The notes under the pieces were generated by a model that did no database searches, was not told the origin of the DNA, and saw only the letters and a program-made list of their open reading frames with translations. A stretch of DNA of 63,766 bases, filler included, from Octopus bimaculoides (taxonomy: Eukaryota): NCBI RefSeq assembly GCF_001194135.2. It is 4 parts of 3 records of this genome, joined end to end, with 100 filler letters (N's around TTAATTAATTAA, not from the genome) between each part and the next. Parts side by side here need not be neighbours in the genome. Positions count along the whole stretch, not along the records: positions 1 to 28,375 come from NC_068982.1; 3 more parts are not named here. The stretch is one strand, 5' to 3'. The translations under genes were made by a program, and so were the position numbers. Positions within the stretch are counted from its first letter, which is position 1. The number at the start of each line of letters is the position of its first letter. This document shows, one piece after another, positions 1-23,507 of the stretch.

Positions 1-542
1 TATAAGTAGACACACACGCAAGGGTTAGTACCAAATTGTTACAGAAAAGGGTCAAACTAAAGCGTTTGACCCGAGCTCAAAAAAAAAAAAAATTAGTGTA
101 ATAGGTGTAAAACAACTTGCTGTGAACGAATATGAAGAAAAAAAATGCACGCTCGCGAACGGGGGAGTGGGGAGAGGACTCGGAACATTCACATCATGAA
201 TGTTCCAAGACGCCTCACCGGAGCCAAGAAACTTGTACATGAGGGTTCTTTGCCTCTTTACACACCCTAAAAAATTCTAATCATGACACATTTATCCCAT
301 ACTATTGATCTTTATGCGCATATTCCATAAAGATCATGAAAAATGGAGCTCTAAAATGTGGGAATGAAGGCCCCTATTGGGGGTGGGTGTGTTAATGTCA
401 ACCAGAGAAGTTGAATTGTTGGGAATGTTTTTAACTTGGGTCTTATAGTATGCCTGTGTATATGGAGAGTATAGTTTCACTTTAATAGTTTCACTATGAA
501 ATTGAAAATATTAAAGTGAAAGTATCTGATATTACAGTAGAG

Positions 543-1016
543 CAGTGGTTCCCAAACTTTTTAGACGCAACCCACTATTTATGACACCAGTTTATGGTGA
601 CCCACCTAACTCTACTGGGCTAGGGTTATATTAAATGTGAAACAAAACGTTTTATAACTGTTTCAACGTCTCCATACCCTGTGGGTAGGTATTAACTCTA
701 ATACAAAACCTTGAAGCAGTAACTGTTATCGGCTCGATCAGTGTTGCACTGCGCCTAGTTAAAGTTCTCTATAAATAGGTAAAAACAGACTTTTCCTTTT
801 TACGATTACGTACGAATAAATAACTTGAGAAAATTACCACCTCTGATTTGTTAAATTCATGAAAAAAGCCTACTACTTGATAAAACCACCAGTCTATTAT
901 TGAAAACATGAGTCTTGAACTATCTCGATAGACAGCAGTTAATCAAAGCTAATGCGTAATTTTATAACTTTTTGCGACCCATCAGTGGGTCGCGACTCAT
1001 AGTTTGGGAACCACTG
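543..1016. mobile_element. hAT-superfamily MITE (474 bp)
   Basis: Perfect 16-bp TIRs CAGTGGTTCCCAAACT (543-558) / AGTTTGGGAACCACTG (1001-1016); 8-bp TSD cagtagag (535-542) / cagtaaag (1017-1024), 7 of 8 identical. Confidence 0.9.
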
Positions 1017-1358
1017 CAGTAAAGTGATGTTATTGTTTCACTTTTGACACGTAATACTGAAATAGTGGAGGAGATATGATATTGCTGTGGGCTCAAACTA
1101 TGCAAGAAGTTAAAAATTTTTTGGGCCTAAGACACTACATGGACCCTAAGTAAGGCATGTGTAAATTTGGAATGAAATTGGTTGTGTAGTTCTCGAGTTT
1201 TAGGGATAAGACACACATTCTCATCTTTATATATATAGATATATACACACACACACCCAAACACATATATATATATATGTATATCAATATAAATACATGA
1301 AAATCAATGAAGTTTGGTAAAAAAAGGTGATCATGTACATACTTTCTTGCTGTTGTGT

Positions 1359-1728
1359 TTAGAACACCTCGTTGTAAACAATATTCTTTGTTTTTCCTTG
1401 TGGCGCATATGCAAATAGGTTTGTTTTGCTTCCCACTCTTGAGCAGCCAACATACATTTGTCCATGTGAGAAGCAGGGCTCTTCCAAGAGAAGACCAGCC
1501 ACAGAGAGGGCTTGACCCTGAAATTTGTTAATGGACATGGCAAAAGTGACACGAAGGGGGAATTGCAGTCTTCTGAATGTAAAAGGAATGTCTACTCCTG
1601 ATGGAGTAAGAGGAATTCTTGGAATAAAGATGCCATCACCTTTTCCACACCCAGAAAGAATGGTAGCCTCGATAACATGTGACATCATCTTCTTTATCCT
1701 TATGATTAGAATTTCATCAAAATTGCAT
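1359..1728 (-). pseudogene. Helitron RepHel C-terminal Pif1-family helicase fragment
   Basis: Translation IEATILSG...IPRIPLTP...FRRLQFPLRVTFAMSINKFQGQAL...PCFSHGQMYVGCSRV matches Pif1/Helitron motifs (QFP...FAMTINKSQGQ...FSHGQLYVALSRV). Confidence 0.9.
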
Positions 1729-2836
1729 ATGAGGGTTCTTTCCTTCTTTACACACTCTAAAAAAATTCTAATCATGATACATGTATCCCATACTACTGAT
1801 ATTTATGTGCACATTCCAAAATTCCAGTGTTATGGACCCTGTAAAAAGGATTTTGCTCCAGAAAATGGAGCTCATGGAGCTGAAAAATGTGGGAGTTAAG
1901 GCCCCTATTGGGGGTGGATGTGTTAATGTCAACTAGAGAAGTTGAATTGTTGGGAATCTTTTTAACTTGGGTCTTATATGTATTGTTTGAATTTCTTTGA
2001 AATAGGAAATATATGTATGTTCACTGGGTTTGTAAAAGAGAGCAAAGCTACAGGAAACCAAAAGACGAATGATCACGATAATCAGTCAGCTACCCAAGCC
2101 TAGTCGTTACTACTCCCCAATGTAGGATTCCTCACCATACAGGTGACAGGCACAGCTGTAAGATGCATTACGGATGTATAGCAATTGGAAGGGCATGATC
2201 CAATTGAAATAACAACGTGTGACGCTTGGAGTAAAGGGAAATGAAAGTGTCGCTTCTGGAGTTTGCAAATGGCCACTATATCAATAGGTAACTGGGCAGA
2301 AATAATTTACAATCAATAAATGTCTTAGAACAACCAGTCACTCATCTGAAATCAATGTTACCAACTGGGGACTATGTGTGACCCAGTGATAATAAAAAGA
2401 CTCAAAGGAGGTCTGCAACGAAATAATTTTACTCAACACTTTGCAAGTGAATCAGTGGAGGCAAAGGTGCGTCTCATTTACTTGACAATCTATGCACCAC
2501 ATTGCAGAAATCACAATTTAACTATAGTCTTACACTGTTGTACAGTTGAATTACAAATAATGCTCATCTGTTATGTTCGGGTGACCCTATAGCTTCCAGT
2601 AGTACAACTGTATTCGTCTTTGCTTAGGAAAAAATGATTAAATTGTGGGTGTGAAGTGCCCATGAAGGGGTCTTTGTAACTTCTAAGAAGAAATTTTAGA
2701 AATATTACTTTATTTGTGTGTAATATGTATGGTTAAAATTTCATCAGCATCAAAAATATATGAATTTTCATGGGGGTTATGGCCGAATCCCAACAAAATA
2801 CAAACTTTTTTCTAAATTTTAAGAATGGCTTAGATT

Positions 2837-3046
2837 TTATTCTTTGTAAGCTTAGTAATTATTCTATCGGTACCTTTTGCCGAACCACTAAGTTACGTAA
2901 GCACGCCAACATCGGTTGTTAAGCGATGTTGGAGGGACAAACACAGACACATAAATACATATATAAATATATGGAATGCTGTCTTGGGGTCAATTTGTTC
3001 GGCTAAAGGCGGTACCCCAGCATGGCCCCAGTCAAAATGACTGAAA
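2837..3046. mobile_element. OR-type SINE fragment with internal inversion
   Basis: 2837-~2970 matches the SINE on the minus strand; 2981-3046 matches the immediately following SINE 3' tail on the plus strand. Confidence 0.65.
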
Positions 3047-3057
3047 TATTTATACAC

Positions 3058-3736
3058 TAAGAATCAACAAAAAGCAAAAGATGTAATAAAACAGAATAAA
3101 ATGAAACCATTAAATCTATTAAACTCAACACAATCGACTAACAATTCAGGAAGCCTTTTTTTTTTACAAGAACTTTAAGACGTATACAGAAAAATTACAA
3201 TTAACTGAAGAATTACGTCAGAATGAAATCAAATCAGAGATTATGAATAAACAAAAAACATAGGTATGTGCAAAAATGATCAGAAATAATAAATTAACTA
3301 AACGTTTTTTCGTTTTGGGATTTGGTTTGCAAGATTCTTTATGTGAGTTCGTGTGTTGAAACATATTCTGTTGTGTCTGGGGAGAGTCATTTTCTTTTTG
3401 TGCCTTATAATTTAATACACTCAGGAATAAGTGGAAATTTTACCGGTGAGCGTGTTAAATTATAAGGCACANNNNNNNNNNNNNNNNNNNNNNNNNNNNN
3501 NNNNNNNNNNNNNNNNNNNNNNNNNNNNNNNNNNNNNNNNNNNNNCCCAGACACAACAGAATAAACGTTTTCTCTCTTCTTTTTCAATTAAAAAGTTTAA
3601 TTAAGAATCAGCAAAAAGCGAAGGATGTAATAAAACAATAAAATGAAAATGAAACCATTAAATCTATTAAACTCTACACAATCGACTAACAATTCACGAA
3701 GCCTTTTTTTTTTTACAAGAACTTTAAGACGTATAC
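3058..3736. repeat. ~130-bp direct repeats (3058-3186, 3602-3736) flanking a foldback element (arms 3365-3423 and 3447-3562, partly in a gap)
   Basis: Visible direct repeat; inverted arms gtgccttataattta...tca / tga...taaattataaggcac and attctgttgtgtctggg / cccagacacaacagaat. Confidence 0.7.
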
Positions 3737-4980
3737 TTATTGTACATATTAGATAAAGTAACTTTACATATCTCATTTTCAGATATATTATCGGGGTCAA
3801 AAAGTGTTATAGAACCCATAAAATTTAATTCTGTTTCCTAATATCTAAATATAAATATATAAAAAAAAAGTTTTAAAAAGGCACTTGAAGAAAGTTGCTT
3901 CTTAGTGTGCCTTGCGCGTGACAATCACTGATTTATGTACAAGATACCAGGTGTATTTCGAGCCAACCTATTTTTTAAATGAATCACCTGTCCTTCCTCT
4001 ACTTAAATACATAATGAAATTTATTTTATTTTTGCAAATATTTATAAACTATTAGAACAGAAAGTGTCTTCATCGAGCCAATTTTATTCGCTTTCTCATT
4101 GTCGTTTCCTTAGGTTTGGTTTTAAATGTATTTTGGGAAAGAGGAAAATATATAAAATTGGTTTTCTACGTATTGCTGAGCAGACGAATTATGATTTAAA
4201 ATGAAAGTAATTTTTTTTATCCCCTTTCAGTTATTTAAATCAATTTAAAGCAATTTGGCAACAAAATGTGAAATCACATATCCACAGATGGACAGATGTT
4301 TGTTAAATATTTAATGCATTATTACATATTGATTAGCTACACATATTTTGCTTTAATAATAAAGCCTTACCTTCAAGCCGGTAAATGTAGGCTGATATTT
4401 TGAAATTTACGTCCGCAAACTAGAAAAGATCTGGCAATGAATGATTACATCAGATGTTTGGGAAAGATCCCTTAAGACGTTAACAAATAGCAAAAATAAA
4501 GCGAGGTAACTCTAGATTCTTGTTTAATTTTGATATCAATCAACACAGGTGTTTTAAGTTTCGTCACTGACGAAATTCTCACACGCTGTTCTATTTATTC
4601 ATATGCTTTATTTGTTTATTCACAACCAGTTTTATTTATTCATATGCTTATAAATATCTCTATGGGATTATTCGAGTTGTTAGGGCTATGAGTAAAATAT
4701 TCCTAAGACCATATTCTGTCATTTTAAATGAGGGAAAAGTAAAAGAGATAATGTAGCTCTGGATGACCCCGAAATAGGATGGACACGGGTTTTAATCATA
4801 GTTAATAGTTCTACTTGGTTAGCGACGAGCTAGAGCTAAACGATGACAATAACATAATTGCATAAGTAAGCGGTTTAGAGGGCTCAGATAGAAAAGCGGC
4901 AGCCTGACGATATATTTTGTGAATGTAAGAGTTACGTCCCTCTTGTATAGAAAGAACAAATAATTATTCTTTTAATCTTT

Positions 4981-5192
4981 TTTTCTTTTACACGTTTCAG
5001 TCATTTGACTGTGGCCATGTTAGAGCACAGCCTTAAGGAGTTATAGTCGAACAAATCGGCAGCAGGACTTATTCTTTGTAAATCTAGTACTTTTTATATC
5101 GGTCCCTTTGGCCGAACCGCTAAGTTACGAAGACGTAAACACACCGACATCGGTTGTCAAGCAATGGTGGGTGGACAAACAAAGGCACAAAG

Positions 5193-5227
<35 letters not shown>

Positions 5228-5254
5228 TATAACGACAGGCTTCTTTCATTTTTC
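4981..5254 (-). mobile_element. OR-type SINE, partial
   Basis: Homology to the full-length copy at 31439-31810. Confidence 0.8.
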
Positions 5255-5329
5255 CTTGACAATCAGCTTTTCGTTAAGTGGTAGGAATGTTATCACTCTT
5301 TCCTATCACTAACCCTCAACAGAATGCTA

Positions 5330-6260
5330 AAGTAGAAGTTTCACTGACCTCATTGCTCAATTGATCGAGGAGAATGAATATATGACAACATTCCATTTGT
5401 TAGACACCGAGTTTTGGGTTTCACTACAAGTCTATCAAAATAGATGAGTCATGGAAAAAAATGTCTGTTCAACGTCCAGAAATATTTTGTAGATATTAAA
5501 ACTTCAACATATGTCTGTGTGTTAGCAACCACAGTGTACCCACATGTGAAAGAGTAGTCACTCTAATCTAGTCAGGCGAAAATTAAGTGTCTGACATCAT
5601 TGCGATGATGTTCACACATGGAGACATGGCTTTCCCACATCCCACTGTGAATGGGATGCTTCACAATACCTTTAGTTTCCACAGCAGTGGATTGAGAATT
5701 ACTATATACTGAAGACGGGCCCAGCGAGCGTGTGATTTGAAATGGTTATGATATGTGATCAAAGGCAGCTGCATGTTAAAGAAATTCAAACTCTGAAAAT
5801 GGGAACAAAACCCGATGATATATGGACAACATTCAGATAATGAGAGAGAGCCGTTTCGAAAGCTTTTGATTGATCCATATTGATTGGATCCCCATCAAAG
5901 CCAAGTTTGTTACCCAGCCTCTCTATGATGTATTACATGAGGTAGTTGTAAATAAGTTTGTTCGGTATCGCATCAAAGGTGCCAACCTCTTTGCTATTAG
6001 CTTGGCCACAATTCTAAAACTCTGTATTTAGAATATCATGGAACAGAAATTGTAAATAATGTCTCCACTGTTCAAGTCCTCATCAGGAGCACAACTCCAC
6101 AGCTCAGAGAACTGGGAATTATTTTGTTTTTCTAGTAGCAGGAGTCGTCTGCCAAGACGCTGGCACACAAGTCTAAAATGTTTACTTGAAACTCTTAGAG
6201 CAGACCATCCAAACCATCGATTTGTCCCTCTCACAATCACAGACTCGTGGTCAGACTTTG
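5330..6260 (-). pseudogene. L1/Tx1-like LINE reverse-transcriptase remnant
   Basis: Frameshifted minus-strand translation gives DGLDGL, LNTE-FRIVAKLIAKRL and MDQSKAF, matching L1/Tx1 RT motifs. Confidence 0.65.
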
Positions 6261-7774
6261 GTGTATGGGGGTGCTTCAGAATATTCTGGGTGAGCACTAA
6301 TTTGTATTGTGGAAAGATATTTGTAAAGTGTATTTTTGAGGCTGCACCATCGAATAGTGAGGAGGCAGTGCTCCCCCTTAGCTATGCTGTAATGCTGTTG
6401 GATGGGTGTTATCGTCTGGCTTGCAGGTTGTATATTTGCTGTGGATCCATGATGAAGTAATTCATGAACAGTGCTGTGTTGAAACCTGGGTGTGTTGTTG
6501 TTGGATGGGTATTGTTGTCTGGCATTGTTGCTGGAACTGGCTGTGTCTTGTGTGGTCAGTGGCTAGACCTTAAAAGGTTTGGAACCAAAGACCTCGAGAT
6601 GAGGAGAAGGTGAGTTTTTGTAAGGAACAGTAGGCTCAAATGGGATTGATAACAGGCTGTCTCACGTGATTTTAGTTAGGGGCTCTGATTGGTTATACAC
6701 TGCATATTGGCATGACAGAGTAAGAGACAAATTGCACCAATACCAATGGGGTCCAAATAGCGGCCAAAGGCTAGCTGTTATCTGCTACGTTTGAATGTAT
6801 GTATATATAATAAAGGGGAGAGGAATTTCACTCAAGTGTACACTACAATCTCTAGATTGCCCACTTGGCCCTTTTTGTTGGTCAAAATGGCTGCAACTAG
6901 TCACACATACTTATTTCTAGCATCATAGCACTCTTACTTTTACCATTCACTGGCCCATGTACAAGAAAATTAGTGTAAACTCATTGTTCTCAGCCAAAGT
7001 AGTGGAGTGGTTCTTTATCTCACCCTCAGAAGAAAACATTGTATCCACCATTCTATAGTGTATGCTATACTAATTTAATTAGATTTTCATGTCTCACATC
7101 ACCTTCAGGTGCTTTTACACCTGGGCTTGTGTCATCTTTGCATTGAGCAAATGTTTCTGTACACTACCATATATTTCTCTATATTTTGCACCAGCTCCTT
7201 CCTGTATCGCTGCCAAAGTGATCTTTCTGTCTTATTTGCACGAGTACTCCAGCCTCTCTTAATCGTTATTTCTGTAGTTCTAATGTTTCTCTTGCTTCCG
7301 TGGCGTTTTTTTGGAGAAAATCAGTTTGCAGCCAGTTTTCTGTAGTTTGTGTTATTGTTGCTGCTACTGGAGGGGATATTTCCAGCTGTCACACTGAAAA
7401 TAATGATGAGTACATTGTCATCTGTTGTCGTCATTGCTGCTGTTGTTGTTTTTACTACATCTTGTCTCAATCTCGGCCTTAAAGATCAGATACACACATC
7501 CACATGTCCTGTCCTTCTGAGCATTCAACTGCCATCTTTGTTGCTCGGCGAAACTGCAAATATTGCAACAGTCTGCTGAACCCTTCAACAAGAAAACTGA
7601 AGTCATATATCTTCCACCAATGGAACTCTCTTTTAGCTAATTTCACTCCATGAGATATTACTATAACAAAAAATTTGGATGAAATATCAAATTTCATTGA
7701 AATTTCTAATAAAGCAAAGGTGGCTACTGCTATTTATTGAGACAGTATCGCCTTCCTTCCATCACCCAACTTAC

Positions 7775-20759
<12,985 letters not shown>

Positions 20760-20844
20760 CTAAAATCTGCCTATGGTAGAAAGTTGCCAATGCTTACAAA
20801 TTGACACTGCACTACTATGTGAATTTTTGCATGCCAGCAAAAAT

Positions 20845-21000
20845 AGCTTTGTGCATGTGGCCAAGTAGTTAGGGCTTTGTGCTCATGATCACGAGATCAT
20901 GGGTTTGATTCCTGGACTGGATGGTACATTGTATTCAAGAGCAAAACCCTTGGATTTTGCACTGCTTTAGACTATTCAGCTAAAAATGAGTACAAATAGA
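20845..21000 (+). mobile_element. Degenerate tRNA-headed SINE
   Basis: tggccaagtagttagg A box and gggtttgattcc B box. Confidence 0.55.
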
Positions 21001-21357
21001 GTGCAGGTACAGCCCTTTCTCCCTTGTTAGAAGCTTAGGTAAAAAAGTAGGAGAGTTGAGAGGGATTCTATATCAGCTCATAACTACATAAGCATTTAAA
21101 ACAATTAGTGAATACATAGTACATCCTACCAGGTCATATTTATTTGTGAATGATAGCTATGGCACTATATTAACTAGTAGTATTAGTAATTTATGCAGTA
21201 TTCATATTATATTTTTTATATAATTGCACAAAACATTACTATCAAGTCAACGATTTGAAACAGGAACTAGTAAGTGCTATCAATCAACTTATATAAACAA
21301 TGTATGTGAAGTTTCACATGGGAAAATAATTTAAAACACAATTATCACAAAACTAAT

Positions 21358-21650
21358 AGGGGCAGGCATGACTGTGAATGAGAAGCTTCCAACCATGTAG
21401 CTTTGGGTTCAGGCCCACAATGTGGCACCTTAACCAAATGTCTTTTACTATAGCCCCTGGCTAACTAAAGCCCTATGAGTAGATTTCATAAACAGAAAGA
21501 GAAAGAAACTCATTGTACACACACACACAAATACATATAGGTGTGTGTGTGTGTGCTCATGTTTGTGTCTTCTTGTCTGAACATCACACAATAGTTCTAA
21601 ATGAGTGTCACCATCATACAAATAGTATCATTTGTTTACAATCTCTCAAG
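21358..21650 (+). mobile_element. Degenerate SINE
   Basis: Homology to 24046-24300. Confidence 0.6.
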
Positions 21651-22146
21651 AAGACATTTCTGCTACGGAAAAATATTAGTTGCTTTTACGGTTGTTTTAT
21701 CAAACTGTCCAGTTATGGCAAAGGTGAAAACAGTGCACCTCTCTTTTGTATGTTCACCTCATGAAGTTAATTTCTTGCTTTGCTTATTATTTGAGTCACT
21801 GCTGTCAAAATCATCTGAAAGACAGACACTTGTTCAATGTTGATTATTCACTCTGCTGCTACTCAAAGTTTCTTGCAATGAGCCAGCTCCCTCATTATTA
21901 TACTCCATCAATTGTGGATAATTTCTTGCAAGTTGCTTGGTGACTTCATTAGTGCTGATGCTACATAAAAAGAAACCAGTACACTCTGTAAAATGATTGG
22001 TATTAGGAAGGGTATGCAGTTATAGAAACCATATTAAAGCAGATATTGGTGCTTGGCACAGTCCTCTGGCTCACCCACTCCCGTCAAATCATCTTACCCA
22101 TGTCAGCATAAAAAACTATTGCTAAAAATGATTATGATGATGGTGA

Positions 22147-22196
<50 letters not shown>

Positions 22197-23016
22197 AGAG
22201 TGAGGAGATGGTATGTTTATGGAGTAGAGGCTAATATGTTAGTTACTGAGTTACTGACAACCAGACTTAAGGCATATAGAATAAACACAAAAAACTTGGT
22301 ATCCTTTTGACTATGTTGCTTCTACATTCTATCATTGTATGGAAATATTAGAAACCTAACCTCTTTCTGGATTTTACCGGAAATACCATGCTCTGTAACA
22401 AAGGAAAGTAGTGACATAACACACATATAACATTTTTATCTTACAATACATTACTCTGGGAATTCATTATTTCCTGTATTTCCCAAACAAATTTCAACAG
22501 TTTCAGCAGACATTGTCAAACCTTTTTATTTCTATATGCAATTGTATCTTTCAGTGACTGGTCTCTTGCTTTATATTAACAAATTCATTAAATAGCAATT
22601 AAAACTATAACTCTCTTCTTATGTAACTTGAAATTTATTTATCATGGGACTTTACAAATGTATGCAAATAATGTGCTGAAGTTTGGTAGACAGAATAAAT
22701 TATAACTACTTTTTTTTACTGTGTGTCTTTGTGTCTGTGTTTGCCCCCCACGCACACCATCACTTAACAACTGATTATAAGTTTGTTTACATCCCTGTAA
22801 CTTAGCAGTTTAGCAAAATAGACTGATACAATAAGTACTGGAGTTGATTTAAAGTAGTTGTATGTTGTCAACTTAATGTGACAGTCCCATGAAGGGAATA
22901 ATACTACTGTTGTTTAGACCTAGGAAGCTGCACCGCTTCCTGTCAGCCTTGATACATTTCCTGTGTCCTTATGTTTACAAGGGGGAGACAAGCACCTCCA
23001 CTCAGCTAAGCCTGCA

Positions 23017-23059
23017 TCCAGAGACATGTTTCTGAGTCCTTGCTCATCATCGGTCTGGA
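23017..23059 (-). ncRNA. Minimal type I hammerhead ribozyme motif, second copy (U4C core variant)
   Basis: Minus strand reads TCCAGA-CCGATGA-TGAG(CAAGGA)CTCA-GAAA-C(AT)G-TC-TCTGGA. Confidence 0.7.
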
Positions 23060-23468
23060 GTAGCATGTCCTGCTAGTCGAAGATGCCTGTCAAGCTCTTG
23101 TAAACATATAATGATTCTAGTGAAATACATTCACAGATTTCAAATTTAGAAATAATACATTTCTAAATCTCTCAGAGAGATTTATGCAGTAGTGATACGT
23201 TGAAGTAGTTGTATGCTGTCAACTTAATGTGACAGTCCCATGAAGGGAATAATACTACTGTTGTTTAGACCTAGGAAGCTGCACCGCTTCCTGTCGGCCT
23301 TGACACATTTCCTGTGTCCTTAAAAAAAATCTGTCCTTAAAAAAAAATCTCTCCGAGAGATTTAGAAATGTATTATTTCTAAATTTGAAATCAGTGAATG
23401 TATTTCACTAGAATCATTATATGTTTACAAGAGCTTGACAGGCATCTTCGACTAGCAGGTCATGCTAC

Positions 23469-23507
23469 TCCAGACTGATGATGAGCACTCAGAAACATGT
23501 CTCTGGA
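23469..23507 (+). ncRNA. Minimal type I hammerhead ribozyme motif
   Basis: TCCAGA-CTGATGA-TGAG(CA)CTCA-GAAA-C(AT)G-TC-TCTGGA: 6-bp stem I, canonical CUGAUGA and GAAA core, palindromic ACAUGU stem III, GUC cleavage triplet ending at 23501. Loop II is only 2 nt in this copy. Confidence 0.8.

Larger units (their letters stand above)
239..1978 (-). mobile_element. Helitron remnants in head-to-tail arrangement
   Basis: Pif1-type helicase fragment; A|TCTATATATATAAAGATGA 5'-terminus-like motif at 1239; diverged direct repeat 239-447 vs 1729-1978. Confidence 0.75.

Noticed and set aside
3200-6100. Other CTGANGA hits (~3205, ~4565, ~4905, ~6080; also ~29605)
   Set aside because: They lack a correctly placed stem II-GAAA-stem III-NUH-stem I arrangement, so they are not hammerheads.
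6059-6460. 133-aa plus-strand ORF, and antisense ORFs such as 1525-1899, 10062-10433, 47735-48064 and 62578-62904
   Set aside because: These are shadow frames of transposon remnants on the opposite strand.
21790-21960. Minus-strand acceptor (ttctttttatgtag) followed by a 41-codon open stretch
   Set aside because: It has an in-frame stop, and its phase is incompatible with the next candidate exon.
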